Positions 55,973 to 64,000 of a stretch of 64,000 nt of DNA are shown piece by piece. Under the pieces are notes generated by a model. That model ran no database searches and had not been told where the DNA came from. It saw nothing but the letters and a program-made list of their open reading frames with translations. Origin of the DNA: Phycisphaerae bacterium (GTDB lineage: Bacteria; Planctomycetota; Phycisphaerae; UBA1845); contig JAJDDZ010000192.1 of assembly GCA_029260025.1 (NCBI GenBank), positions 1,495-65,494 of the forward strand. The letters are read 5' to 3'. The position numbers and the translations under genes are program-made. How positions within the stretch are numbered: position 1 is the stretch's first letter; every line of letters starts with the position of its first letter.

Positions 55973-56119
55973 CGCACTTCGCCCTCCAAATCGCCCAGCA
56001 CCACCACCTAACGGACGCTCAAGAAAACCCATCTTCCAGCATCACACCGCCACCCGCAATCCGTTCTATTTCCCCCCCGAACCTCCCACCCGATGAGCCG
56101 ATGAAAAAGGGGGTTTCCG

Positions 56120-56148
56120 TTGACGCTTTCGGCTCCTCGCACTACCAT
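56120..56148 (+). promoter_or_regulatory. candidate sigma70-type promoter upstream of icd
   Basis: TTGACG (56120-56125), a 17-nt spacer, then TACCAT (56143-56148). Confidence 0.25.
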
Positions 56149-56256
56149 GCTGGGTCTTCGGTTCGCGGCGAAAATCACTGTTTCGCCCCATAGAAAAAAG
56201 GACCCCGCCGCACCGCGGCAATCGGATTCTGCAAACACCACGAAAGGCGCACCACC

Positions 56257-57579
56257 ATGAGCTTCGAGAACCTCACCCCACCAACAAACGGTACACCAAT
56301 CACCATGCAAGGTGACGTCCTCAACGTCCCAGACAACCCCATCCTTCCGTTCATCGAGGGCGACGGCATCGGCCGAGACATCTGGAAAGCTGCCGTCCGT
56401 GTTTTCGACGCAGCAATCAACAAAGCATACCAAGGCAAAAAGAAAGTTGCATGGTTCGAGGTCTTTGCCGGTCAAAAATCATACGACAAGTACGGAACAT
56501 GGCTCCCCGAAGACACCGTCGAAGCTTTCCGAACATTCCTGGTCGGCATCAAAGGCCCCCTCACAACCCCCATCGGTTCCGCCGCAGGCACCTCCGTCAT
56601 GCGATCCCTAAACGTCGCCCTAAGGCAAAAGTTAGACCTCTACACCTGCCTAAGACCAGTCCAATACTTCAATGGCGTTCCATCCCCGGTCAAGCGCCCC
56701 GAACTCATCGACATGGCCATCTTCCGCGAAAACACAGAAGACATCTACGCAGGAATCGAATGGCAGGAGGGCACCCCCGAAGTCAAAAAAGTCATCGCCT
56801 TCCTGCAAGATACAATGGGCGTAAAGAACATCCGCTTCCCAGAGACCAGCGGCATCGGCGTCAAACCAGTCTCGAAAGAAGGCAGCGAGCGCCTAATCAG
56901 AGCAGCCATCAACTACGCCATCATCAACAAGCGAAAGAGCGTCACCCTTGTCCACAAGGGCAACATCATGAAGTTCACCGAAGGCGCTTTCCGCGACTGG
57001 GGTTATGCATTAGCAGATCGCGAGTTCGCTGATAAAACCTACACGTGGTCCCGGTGGGAAAAAACAAAAGCAGAAAAAGGCGAAGAAGCAGCCAACACCG
57101 AACAAGAAAACGAGCTAGCCTCCGGCAAGATCCTGGTCAAAGACGCCATCGCCGATATTGCCCTCCAACAAGTCCTAACCCGCCCAAGAGAGTTCGACGT
57201 AATCGCCACCCTCAACTTGAACGGCGACTACCTTAGCGACGCCCTCGCAGCCCAGGTAGGCGGCATCGGCATCGCCCCCGGCGGCAACATCAACTACAAG
57301 ACCGGTCACGCCATCTTCGAAGCAACCCACGGCACAGCCCCCAAGTACGCCGACCAGGACAAGGTAAACCCCGGCAGCGTCATCCTCTCCGGCGAGATGA
57401 TGTTCCGCCACCTGGGCTGGACCGAAGTAGCCGACCTAATCAACAAAGGCCTAAACGGAGCAATCGCCGCCAAGACAGTAACCTACGACTTCGAACGCCT
57501 AATGAGAAGCGAAGGCACAGAAGCCAAACTCCTAAAATGCTCCGAATTCGGCGACGCAATCATCGAACACATGGGGTAA
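56257..57579 (+). CDS. icd: NADP-dependent isocitrate dehydrogenase
   Basis: [58 protein letters not shown], and [12 protein letters not shown]. Confidence 0.95.
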   Translation: MSFENLTPPTNGTPITMQGDVLNVPDNPILPFIEGDGIGRDIWKAAVRVFDAAINKAYQGKKKVAWFEVFAGQKSYDKYGTWLPEDTVEAFRTFLVGIKGPLTTPIGSAAGTSVMRSLNVALRQKLDLYTCLRPVQYFNGVPSPVKRPELIDMAIFRENTEDIYAGIEWQEGTPEVKKVIAFLQDTMGVKNIRFPETSGIGVKPVSKEGSERLIRAAINYAIINKRKSVTLVHKGNIMKFTEGAFRDWGYALADREFADKTYTWSRWEKTKAEKGEEAANTEQENELASGKILVKDAIADIALQQVLTRPREFDVIATLNLNGDYLSDALAAQVGGIGIAPGGNINYKTGHAIFEATHGTAPKYADQDKVNPGSVILSGEMMFRHLGWTEVADLINKGLNGAIAAKTVTYDFERLMRSEGTEAKLLKCSEFGDAIIEHMG

Positions 57580-57595
57580 TCGAACACATGGGGTA
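57562..57595 (+). repeat. perfect 17-bp tandem duplication spanning the icd stop codon
   Basis: atcgaacacatggggta occurs at 57562-57578 and again at 57579-57595. The TAA stop (57577-57579) is formed across the junction. The second copy ends in ...gggtag. Confidence 0.9.
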
Positions 57596-57612
57596 GGCAA
57601 ATAAAACGAGAC

Positions 57613-57646
57613 GGCGACACCACAACGACACCGCCGTGGTGTCGCC
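57613..57646 (+). terminator. strong hairpin downstream of icd (possible terminator, no U-tract)
   Basis: ggcgacaccac (57613-57623) pairs with gtggtgtcgcc (57636-57646) in an 11-bp perfect stem with a 12-nt loop. Confidence 0.4.
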
Positions 57647-57650
57647 TCTT

Positions 57651-58165
57651 GTGTGGCACCGGTTTGTAACCGGTGCAATTAAGCCGAGTAGGCCAAGCAA
57701 ACCATAGGGCGGGCACTTCCCGCCGCATGCGCTATCAACCCTCAAGTCCGTAGCCTCCACCGTGCGGACCACCAAGATCAGAGCAGCGACCGTAAGGGAG
57801 CTAGACGGCGAAACCAGCGCCAACGCGAAGCGCAATCGCCCCGGACACCATCTTCAAGTAGGGCACGGTGGTTCTTCCGCCTCAAAGCGGAAGGTTCACC
57901 TGCCGTCCGGAACGCCATTTCCCGCCTCTAAAGCGCTGATCGCTTAAGAAATCCCCTTAACCGATCACCCGTCAAGTTATTACCGTAGGAACCGCGCGTA
58001 AGGTCCGCGCCTTGGAGTCAAAAGAAATAGATGAGCACACCAAACAACAAAACTGACAAACAAACCCATTTTTCCCACCTCACGCACTCCAATCGACGAT
58101 CCCCCTCAAAACAAACCCATCAAAAAGCCATTTCCAACCCATTTCAACAACAGAATTCGCCAAGA
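57651..58165 (+). repeat. second copy of the REP-led noncoding paralogous module (partner 5542-6125)
   Basis: The identical 26-mer gtgtggcaccggtttgtaaccggtgc lies at 57651-57676. The shared blocks at 57945-57980 and 58051-58165 appear in the same order and orientation as at 5542-6125. The module fills a 620-bp ORF-free gap between convergent icd and the glycosylase gene. Confidence 0.65.
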
Positions 58166-58199
58166 AATCGCGCAAAAACCCCTCCCGGTCAGCCCGCAT

Positions 58200-59162
58200 C
58201 TACTCCTGCTCTGCCACAAGCCCCCGCGCCGTATCCCAGGTCAACCAATTCTCCAACCAGCAAGCCTTGTTCTTCCACTTCCCATACTTCGCATAGATCC
58301 GCTCGATCTTCTTCGCCGTCGGTTTCTTCCCGCGCGTATGAAACTTTGCAACGTGCGCATAAGTCGCACTATCAATCGCAAGTCGATCATGTCGCCCCAA
58401 AAAACCAATCAGATAATTCGCACTCGTCGGCCCAATCCCATCAATCTCCCGAAACATCTTCACCAGATCCTCGCTCGATACATCCGGATCATTCGCAAGA
58501 GTCTTCAACGAGTCAGGGTCGAATCGTTTCGATGCAACGTCATCACAAAACTTCAAAACCGAATCGCATCGATATCCAAGGCGACAAACATCACTCAGAT
58601 ATTTCTTCCCACCCTTCAGAATCTCACGAGGAGTAGGCCACGCCGACATGTTCCGAAAGTGCGTCAGGTTAGGTCCAAGCTGACACATCCGGTTAATCAT
58701 CTTCACCGCCTGTGTCCAGTTCACGTTCGTAGAGCAGAGCGCCTTGAGAATATTCTCCGTCATCGACGCAGAACGAATCATCCGACCCGCCCCGATACTA
58801 GGAACGACCGACAACACATCATCCCCGTCACACATCACATAAAACTCAGACAAGTCCAAGTCCAGACCAAGGGTAAATCGCAACCGAGTAACGATCCCAT
58901 CAAGAACGTCATCTTCAATCAACGTCCCGTTGCGAACATCGGTATCAACCGAAACGTCCAAAGTCTTTTTCGCCCGCGATCGCGTCGACGCTTCGGTCAC
59001 ACAAACACGAAACACCCGATCGCGATCCCGTTCGATCAACTGAAAACAAGACCCCCCTTCGGACCAGCTCATAGGCGCACACTCATGCCACCCATGACTA
59101 AGAACGGTAGCCTTCAAAGAGAACTCCCCCGGCGCTTGTATTTTCCGTTTTCGTTGAATCAT
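58200..59162 (-). CDS. HhH-GPD superfamily DNA glycosylase (AlkA/Ogg-like)
   Basis: HhH-GPD segment LVKMFREIDGIGPTSANYLIGFLGRHDRLAIDSA (helix-hairpin-helix plus catalytic Asp) and an N-terminal AlkA_N-like domain. Confidence 0.75.
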   Translation of the reverse strand: MIQRKRKIQAPGEFSLKATVLSHGWHECAPMSWSEGGSCFQLIERDRDRVFRVCVTEASTRSRAKKTLDVSVDTDVRNGTLIEDDVLDGIVTRLRFTLGLDLDLSEFYVMCDGDDVLSVVPSIGAGRMIRSASMTENILKALCSTNVNWTQAVKMINRMCQLGPNLTHFRNMSAWPTPREILKGGKKYLSDVCRLGYRCDSVLKFCDDVASKRFDPDSLKTLANDPDVSSEDLVKMFREIDGIGPTSANYLIGFLGRHDRLAIDSATYAHVAKFHTRGKKPTAKKIERIYAKYGKWKNKACWLENWLTWDTARGLVAEQE

Positions 59163-59451
59163 AATCCCATCTTTACCGAGTCTTTCTCAAATCGCTACCG
59201 CTTTCTGGCACCGCGCAATTCGAAGCCGTCACGACACGACTATCCGACCGCGCCACGCCCGGGTCAAACACCTAGAATCCGACCTTTTTCCCAAGAACGG
59301 AGGGCCAAGCCTGAACATTTCGCCTCATTTTTACGCTGAGTTATCGGACGCCTTTGACCAAACGGCGTTTTTCTGATGGCCCTGTGATTCAGGTTGTTAC
59401 AATCGACGTAAGTACCGAAACCCCCGTAACTTGTGCCTGATTTCGACTATA

Positions 59452-59503
59452 CCACAATATGTAGATGATTTTCGTTGACGATGCCCGATAGGTGGTGTAG
59501 AAT
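59452..59503 (+). promoter_or_regulatory. candidate nrdJ promoter with two NrdR-box-like sites
   Basis: TTGACG (59475-59480), a 17-nt spacer, then TAGAAT (59498-59503). ccacaatatgtagatg (59452-59467) matches 11/16 of the remembered NrdR consensus acaCwAtATaTwGtgt. gcccgataggtggtgt (59483-59498) matches 10/16. The two sites start 31 bp apart. Confidence 0.4.
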
Positions 59504-59542
59504 TGAGTTTGCCGCGATAGAGTTGAGTCGAGGGCAAGAATG

Positions 59543-59564
59543 ACCCGGCGTAAGCCGGGTTTTT
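59543..59564 (+). terminator. terminator-like hairpin inside the nrdJ 5' leader (possible attenuator)
   Basis: acccggc-gtaa-gccgggt forms a 7-bp stem with a GNRA loop, followed by ttttt. It lies about 40 nt after the candidate -10 and about 150 nt before the nrdJ start. Confidence 0.45.
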
Positions 59565-59714
59565 GGTCTGCGGATCACTTCGGGTCGGCTATTAGGCAAG
59601 TGGGACGAAGCTGGTAGTGCGTCAGAAGAGGACGCAGAATCTAGTGGTTCTTGGGATCATTTTCATTAGGCATTTCAATCCGGTGCGTGGTCGCCGGTGG
59701 AGGCGTATAGGCTT

Positions 59715-62318
59715 ATGGCAGAAGCGTTGGTAGAAAGCCAGAGCTTGGGTGCTAAGGAAGGCACACGGAAGTCGCACTTGGGTCTTTCGCAGAATGCGGA
59801 GCGAGTCCTTCGAGCGCGATACTTAAAAAAGGACGAGCAGGGCAACTGCACTGAGTCGTCGACGGACCTCTTTCGCCGCGTCGCCAAGGCAGTGGCTGAG
59901 GCGGAGACCCGTTACGACAAGGACCCTGAGGTCCGAAGTCGATGGGAAGAGCGATTCTATTCGCGAATGGTCTCTCGCCAGTTCATGCCCAACAGTCCGA
60001 CCTTAATGAACGCCGGTCGAGAAATGGGTATGCTTAGCGCGTGCTTTGTCCTCCCCGTCCGAGACTCGATCAACGAAATCTTTGATTCTATCAAGCATAC
60101 CGCGCTCATTCAAAAGGCGGGTGGCGGAACCGGTTTCGCGTTTGATGAACTGCGGCCAACGGGTGACTATATCAACAGCTCTGGCGGAACGACCAGCGGA
60201 CCAATTTCCTTCTGGCGTGCGTTCAGTGAAGCGACCAACGCGATTCAGCAGGGTGCGTTCCGTCGCGGTGCGAACATGGGGATGATGTACGTTAGTCACC
60301 CCGATATTCTCAAATTCCTGCACGCCAAGCAGGATCTCGATCAATTCACCAACTACAACATCTCGATCAAGATGACTGATGAGTGGATGAAGGGGTTCAT
60401 GGCCGAGCCCAATCATATTCACGTCGTCAAGAATCCGCGGACGAATCGCACTTATGCACTCCCCAAGAACCTCAAGATTTGGGAGTACGATCTGAGATCG
60501 CTTATCGAGATTAAGTCTGGCGAGCCGGACCCGGTCGGCGAGTTCTATACCCGCCAAGATATCTGGGACATCATCGTCAACAACGCCCACGCCACTGGCG
60601 AGCCAGGCGTTATCTTTATTGACCGGATCAACCAGCACAATCCCACGCCGCACATCGGGCGGATGGAAGCGACCAACCCCTGCGGCGAGCAGCCACTATT
60701 GCCCTACGAAGCATGCAATCTTGGCAGCATCAATCTCGAGCGATTCCTCACTGAAAACGAGCAGGGGGCGTGCGACGTCGATTGGGATTCGCTGCGTGAA
60801 GCGATCCACGATTCGACTCGTTTTCTAGACAATATCATCGACGTGAACCGTTATCCGCTGCCAGAAATCACGGAAATGTGCACGAACAATCGCAAGATTG
60901 GTCTCGGAGTGATGGGCTTTGCGGACGCGCTCTACCGTCTTGGCGTTGCTTACAATAGTGACGAAGGCGTGAAGTGGGGCGAGCGATTCATGAAGTTCCT
61001 CGACGACGAGTCGCACGATTACAGCGAGAAGCTCGCCAAAGAGCGAGGATGCTTCCCGAACTGGAAGGGGAGTACGTGGGACACGAAACACAATCGTCCA
61101 ATGCGCAACGCAACGTGCACTACCGTGGCACCCACAGGGACGATCAGCATCATCTCTGGATGTTCCGGTGGGATTGAACCTATGTTCAGCCTCGCCTTCT
61201 TCCGCAACGTCCTCAAAGGGCAGTCGGAAGGGCAGACGCCGATGGTGGAGATCAACCCCATATTCGAAGCTGTTGCGAAGCGCGCAGGTCTCTTAAGCGA
61301 GGGTTTGATGGAGCGGATTGCCACGGAGGGCACCCTCGCTCATATGTCCGAGATTCCGGACGATGTGAAAGAGGTCTTTGTTTGCGCCCACGACATCAAT
61401 CCCAAGCAACATATGCTGATGCAGGCTGCTTTCCAGAAGCACTGCGACGCTTCAATTTCCAAGACGATCAATTTCCCCGAGACCGCAACGGTTCAAGATG
61501 TCGACTCCATTTACAAGATGGCCTTCGAGCTAGATTGCAAGGGCGTAACGGTTTACCGAAACGGCTGTCGTCAGCATCAGCCAATGGCACTCAAAGACAG
61601 TGGCAAAAACCCCGAGGTTATCGAGGCAAAGGAAGTCGAGACCAAGAAAGAATACAAACCGCTCGAACCGGCGGTCCTGCCTGAGATTACAAGTGGGATT
61701 CGCGTTCGCCAGCTAACACCGTTTGGAAATATGCACATCAACATCACTGTTGATCCTGCGACCGGTCGTGCGATGGAAGTCTTCGCGCAACTGGGAAAAG
61801 GCGGCGATCTTGCCAACAGCGACCTGGAAGCGATCTGCCGAATGATCAGCTTGTGGTTGCGATCTGGCGGAAGTTTGCAGCATGTCATCAATCAATTGCA
61901 GTCCATCGGGTCCAGCCTCCAGGTCCACACCAAAGACGGCAAAATTATGAGCTTGGGCGACGGGATCGCCCGAGGTTTGCGGCGATTCATGCGAGCTAAG
62001 CAGGACAAGGGCCTCGTAGGTCTTCTGATCGGCGATGATGCGATGGAAACGCTCAATCGGCAGAGCCCCGATTCCGACGGCAAGAGTACCGGAAATGGAA
62101 ATGGAAATGGAAACGGCCACGGAACCAGGCCGAACGGGGCTGACTCAGCCACAGCGACTTTGAAAAGAACGGCAAATGCGGTCCCTTCACGCATGGAGTC
62201 CCAAGGAATTCAGTGGCAGCAGACGCAATACAAGGTAGTTTGCCCAGATTGCCAATCTGGGCTTCGTTTTAGTGAAGGCTGCGTAACTTGCGACTCCTGC
62301 GGGTTTTCGAAGTGCTAA
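59715..62318 (+). CDS. nrdJ: adenosylcobalamin-dependent (class II) ribonucleoside reductase
   Basis: LSQNAERVLRARYLKKDEQGN..., FMPNSPTLMNAG, ATNPCGEQPLLPYEACNLGSINL, SISKTINFP, and CKGVTVYRNG. Start taken at ATG 59715 (GGAGG 11 nt upstream); the track ORF begins at GTG 59697. The C-terminus has a GNGNGNGNGHG linker and the zinc ribbon CPDCQSGLRFSEGCVTCDSCG. Confidence 0.93.
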   Translation: MAEALVESQSLGAKEGTRKSHLGLSQNAERVLRARYLKKDEQGNCTESSTDLFRRVAKAVAEAETRYDKDPEVRSRWEERFYSRMVSRQFMPNSPTLMNAGREMGMLSACFVLPVRDSINEIFDSIKHTALIQKAGGGTGFAFDELRPTGDYINSSGGTTSGPISFWRAFSEATNAIQQGAFRRGANMGMMYVSHPDILKFLHAKQDLDQFTNYNISIKMTDEWMKGFMAEPNHIHVVKNPRTNRTYALPKNLKIWEYDLRSLIEIKSGEPDPVGEFYTRQDIWDIIVNNAHATGEPGVIFIDRINQHNPTPHIGRMEATNPCGEQPLLPYEACNLGSINLERFLTENEQGACDVDWDSLREAIHDSTRFLDNIIDVNRYPLPEITEMCTNNRKIGLGVMGFADALYRLGVAYNSDEGVKWGERFMKFLDDESHDYSEKLAKERGCFPNWKGSTWDTKHNRPMRNATCTTVAPTGTISIISGCSGGIEPMFSLAFFRNVLKGQSEGQTPMVEINPIFEAVAKRAGLLSEGLMERIATEGTLAHMSEIPDDVKEVFVCAHDINPKQHMLMQAAFQKHCDASISKTINFPETATVQDVDSIYKMAFELDCKGVTVYRNGCRQHQPMALKDSGKNPEVIEAKEVETKKEYKPLEPAVLPEITSGIRVRQLTPFGNMHINITVDPATGRAMEVFAQLGKGGDLANSDLEAICRMISLWLRSGGSLQHVINQLQSIGSSLQVHTKDGKIMSLGDGIARGLRRFMRAKQDKGLVGLLIGDDAMETLNRQSPDSDGKSTGNGNGNGNGHGTRPNGADSATATLKRTANAVPSRMESQGIQWQQTQYKVVCPDCQSGLRFSEGCVTCDSCGFSKC

Positions 62319-62538
62319 CAAATGTTTCAGTCCGGTAAAAAACGCATTTTTTAGGCGACTTTTTTCACCTGAGGGGTACAATTATCATGGGTGGACCAAA
62401 GTTCGCCCATGTTTGGAGCCGATATTCTTGTGAGGCGGGCTGGCGAGCTGCCGATTGGCACTATTGCTTTTCGCCTTTGACAACTGAATTCATAAGAGGG
62501 AACGATACTGAGAATTACCATGGCTTCTTTCCCCTCCG

Positions 62539-62580
62539 GAAAGCACCGTTTCGCCTTCGGGTGAGCGGTGCTTTCTTTAT
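62539..62580 (+). terminator. hairpin plus T-rich tail downstream of nrdJ
   Basis: gaaagcaccg (62539-62548) pairs with cggtgctttc (62566-62575) in a 10-bp perfect stem. The inner cgcc-ttcg-ggtg extends it, and tttat follows. Confidence 0.5.
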
Positions 62581-62622
62581 GCCTACCGCCGAATTCTTCG
62601 ACTTAGCCGCCAAGCTGCCCGC

Positions 62623-62650
62623 TTGTCAGAATCCGACCCTCCGCTATACT
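62623..62650 (+). promoter_or_regulatory. candidate sigma70-type promoter for rpsP-trmD-rplS
   Basis: TTGTCA (62623-62628), a 16-nt spacer, then TATACT (62645-62650), about 70 nt upstream of the rpsP ATG. Confidence 0.4.
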
Positions 62651-62718
62651 TGCTGGGCTCAGGATGAGCGTTGTGAAGTCCTCTTGCTAGTGGCTGAGGA
62701 CATGAATTGGAGAGATAG

Positions 62719-62970
62719 ATGGCTGTCCGGATCAGATTGAAACGAATTGGACGCAGGCACCGCCCGGCGTATCGCCTTACAGCGGTCGATAGTCGCAAAG
62801 CTCGCGACAGTAAGGTGATCGAAGAGCTTGGGTGGTTCGATCCACTCAAACCCCAAGATGACCAACAGGTCGAGCTCAAGAAGGAGCGTATCGAATATTG
62901 GTTGAGCGTCGGCGCTCAGCCAAGCGACACGGTCCGTGCTCTTTTGAAAAAGCAGAGCGTCGGCGTTTAG
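62719..62970 (+). CDS. rpsP: 30S ribosomal protein S16
   Basis: MAVRIRLKRIGRRHRPAYRLTAVDSRKARDSKVIEELGWFDPL. Confidence 0.97.
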   Translation: MAVRIRLKRIGRRHRPAYRLTAVDSRKARDSKVIEELGWFDPLKPQDDQQVELKKERIEYWLSVGAQPSDTVRALLKKQSVGV

Positions 62971-63000
62971 TCGCGCCGCACGGTTTGTGCGCGGTACTAC

Positions 63001-63711
63001 ATGCGGATCAACATCCTGACATTGTTTCCGGAGTTGTTCGGTCCGTTTTTCTCGACGAGTATCGTCGGGCGTGCAGTTGCAGCTGGTCTTGTTTCACTGC
63101 GTTGCATGAACTTCCGCGAATTTGCAACAGACGCTCATCGCAGCGTCGATGACCGACCGTTTGGCGGCGGTCCTGGGATGGTCTTAATGTGTCCACCGAT
63201 TGTGGATGCGTTAGAAGATCTTGAGTCTGGCGAAAAAGAAGAACCGGTTCGCATTCTGCTAACACCGCAGGGCGAACCGTTTACACAAGAAATCGCAGCC
63301 GAGCTTTCCAGTGAACCTTGGCTGACTTTGATTTGCGGGCATTACGAAGGTTTTGACGATCGAATTCGGTCGGTCAAAAAGGTCCGCGAGATTTCGATCG
63401 GCGACTTTGTGTTATCTGGCGGCGAACCCGCCGCGATCGTCTTGGTTGATTCGGTGGTGCGACTGCTACCGGGTGCGCTGGGACATAAAGAGTCTGCCTT
63501 GGACGAGTCGTTTGCGGATGGCACGCTGGAGTATCCGCAATACACCAGACCGCGCGAGTATCGCGGGTTAGAGGTCCCCGAGGTTTTGCTCTCGGGCGAC
63601 CACGGTCGAATCGCCGCGTGGCGTTTGGAGCAATCGCTTCTTCGCACGGCGCAGCGAAGACCGGATTTGTTAGACCGACTCGCCTCGGGCGGTCGGGAAC
63701 GGAAACAGTAG
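63001..63711 (+). CDS. trmD: tRNA (guanine37-N1)-methyltransferase
   Basis: MRINILTLFPELF..., DDRPFGGGPGMVL, CGHYEGFDDR, and SIGDFVLSGGE. Confidence 0.95.
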   Translation: MRINILTLFPELFGPFFSTSIVGRAVAAGLVSLRCMNFREFATDAHRSVDDRPFGGGPGMVLMCPPIVDALEDLESGEKEEPVRILLTPQGEPFTQEIAAELSSEPWLTLICGHYEGFDDRIRSVKKVREISIGDFVLSGGEPAAIVLVDSVVRLLPGALGHKESALDESFADGTLEYPQYTRPREYRGLEVPEVLLSGDHGRIAAWRLEQSLLRTAQRRPDLLDRLASGGRERKQ

Positions 63712-63767
63712 GGTACGCCGTCTCGATAGTTTCGGGCGGCTTTGGATACGCAGGAGCTAACGCACCG

Positions 63768-64000
63768 ATGGCTAAGCCACTAGTTGATCTCGTCGAAAAG
63801 GCGTACCACAAAGAGACGATTCCCGTCTATCACGTTGGCGATACCGTTGACGTCCATACGCGCATCGTTGAGGGCGAGAAAGAGCGCGTTCAAGTCTTCA
63901 ACGGCGTGATCATCGCTTCTCGCGGCCAAGGCATTAATGAATGTTTCAAGGTTCGACGCATCGTCGCCAACCAGGGCGTCGAGCGAACTTTCCTGATTCA
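63768..64000 (+). CDS. rplS: 50S ribosomal protein L19 (3' end beyond window)
   Basis: Own translation from ATG 63768 gives MAKPLVDLVEKAYHKETIPVYHVGDTVDVHTRIVEGEKERVQVFNGVIIASRGQGINECFKVRRIVANQGVERTFLI. Confidence 0.9.
   Translation, partial: MAKPLVDLVEKAYHKETIPVYHVGDTVDVHTRIVEGEKERVQVFNGVIIASRGQGINECFKVRRIVANQGVERTFLI

Noticed and set aside
58031-59339. Plus-strand ORFs 58031..58636 and 58338..59339 opposite the HhH-GPD glycosylase gene
   Set aside because: They are antisense to a gene with a clear HhH-GPD motif. The translations are Pro/Ser/His/Arg-rich, and the 5' part of 58031..58636 is the C/A-rich noncoding repeat.
62387-62740. 117-aa ORF between nrdJ and rpsP
   Set aside because: It contains the nrdJ terminator hairpin and the candidate rpsP promoter, and overlaps the rpsP start. 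It has no SD, and its Trp/Cys/Arg-rich sequence has no recognisable fold.
1-64000. CRISPR arrays, IS elements, integrases, prophage or toxin-antitoxin/defence gene signatures
   Set aside because: No regularly spaced direct repeats were seen, and no transposase, integrase, reverse-transcriptase or nuclease-NTPase defence-like ORFs. The only repeats found are the REP-like 26-mer, the paralogous noncoding modules and two short tandem repeats.

Overview
This 64-kb window looks like a GC-rich chromosomal segment, judged by eye rather than computed. It is densely packed with core housekeeping genes. The gene content suggests a Planctomycetota/PVC-like bacterium: many ECF sigma/anti-sigma pairs, giant TPR/PQQ-propeller and secreted proteins, a prepilin-type protein, and PEP-CTERM-like and dockerin-like motifs. 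That taxonomic call is inference only.

Confident calls:
- carB, recJ, nadB, aat
- SRP RNA followed by dnaX-ybaB-recR
- rpoN, dus, ftsH, comF
- paaABCD with a TetR regulator
- selA-selB, ggt, mtnP, mutM, icd
- class II ribonucleotide reductase (nrdJ)
- rpsP-trmD-rplS

I found no rRNA, tRNA (including tRNA-Sec), CRISPR array, transposase, integrase or prophage genes. Most long ORFs in the track that lie antisense to these genes are GC-driven artefacts.

I cannot point to one clear-cut novel system. The observations most worth follow-up are:
1. Two diverged, colinear noncoding modules of about 0.55 kb (5542-6125 and 57651-58165). Both begin with an identical 26-nt palindromic REP-like element and contain repeated AAACRAACCCAT motifs.
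2. A translationally coupled aat / Maf-like (DUF115) / cytidylyltransferase-like plus cysteine-less radical-SAM/SPASM operon.
3. An A10 slippery run in dnaX where both alternative frames stop almost immediately, suggesting a tau/gamma mechanism.
4. Two GTGA-coupled zinc-ribbon membrane proteins, the second fused to a Nudix domain.
5. An ECF sigma / anti-sigma / truncated secretin-like operon.
6. An nrdJ leader with NrdR-box-like sites, a good promoter and a terminator-like hairpin.
7. A pilin-like gene with no canonical start codon upstream of its prepilin motif.

All family assignments come from motif recognition by eye and need HMM or BLAST confirmation.
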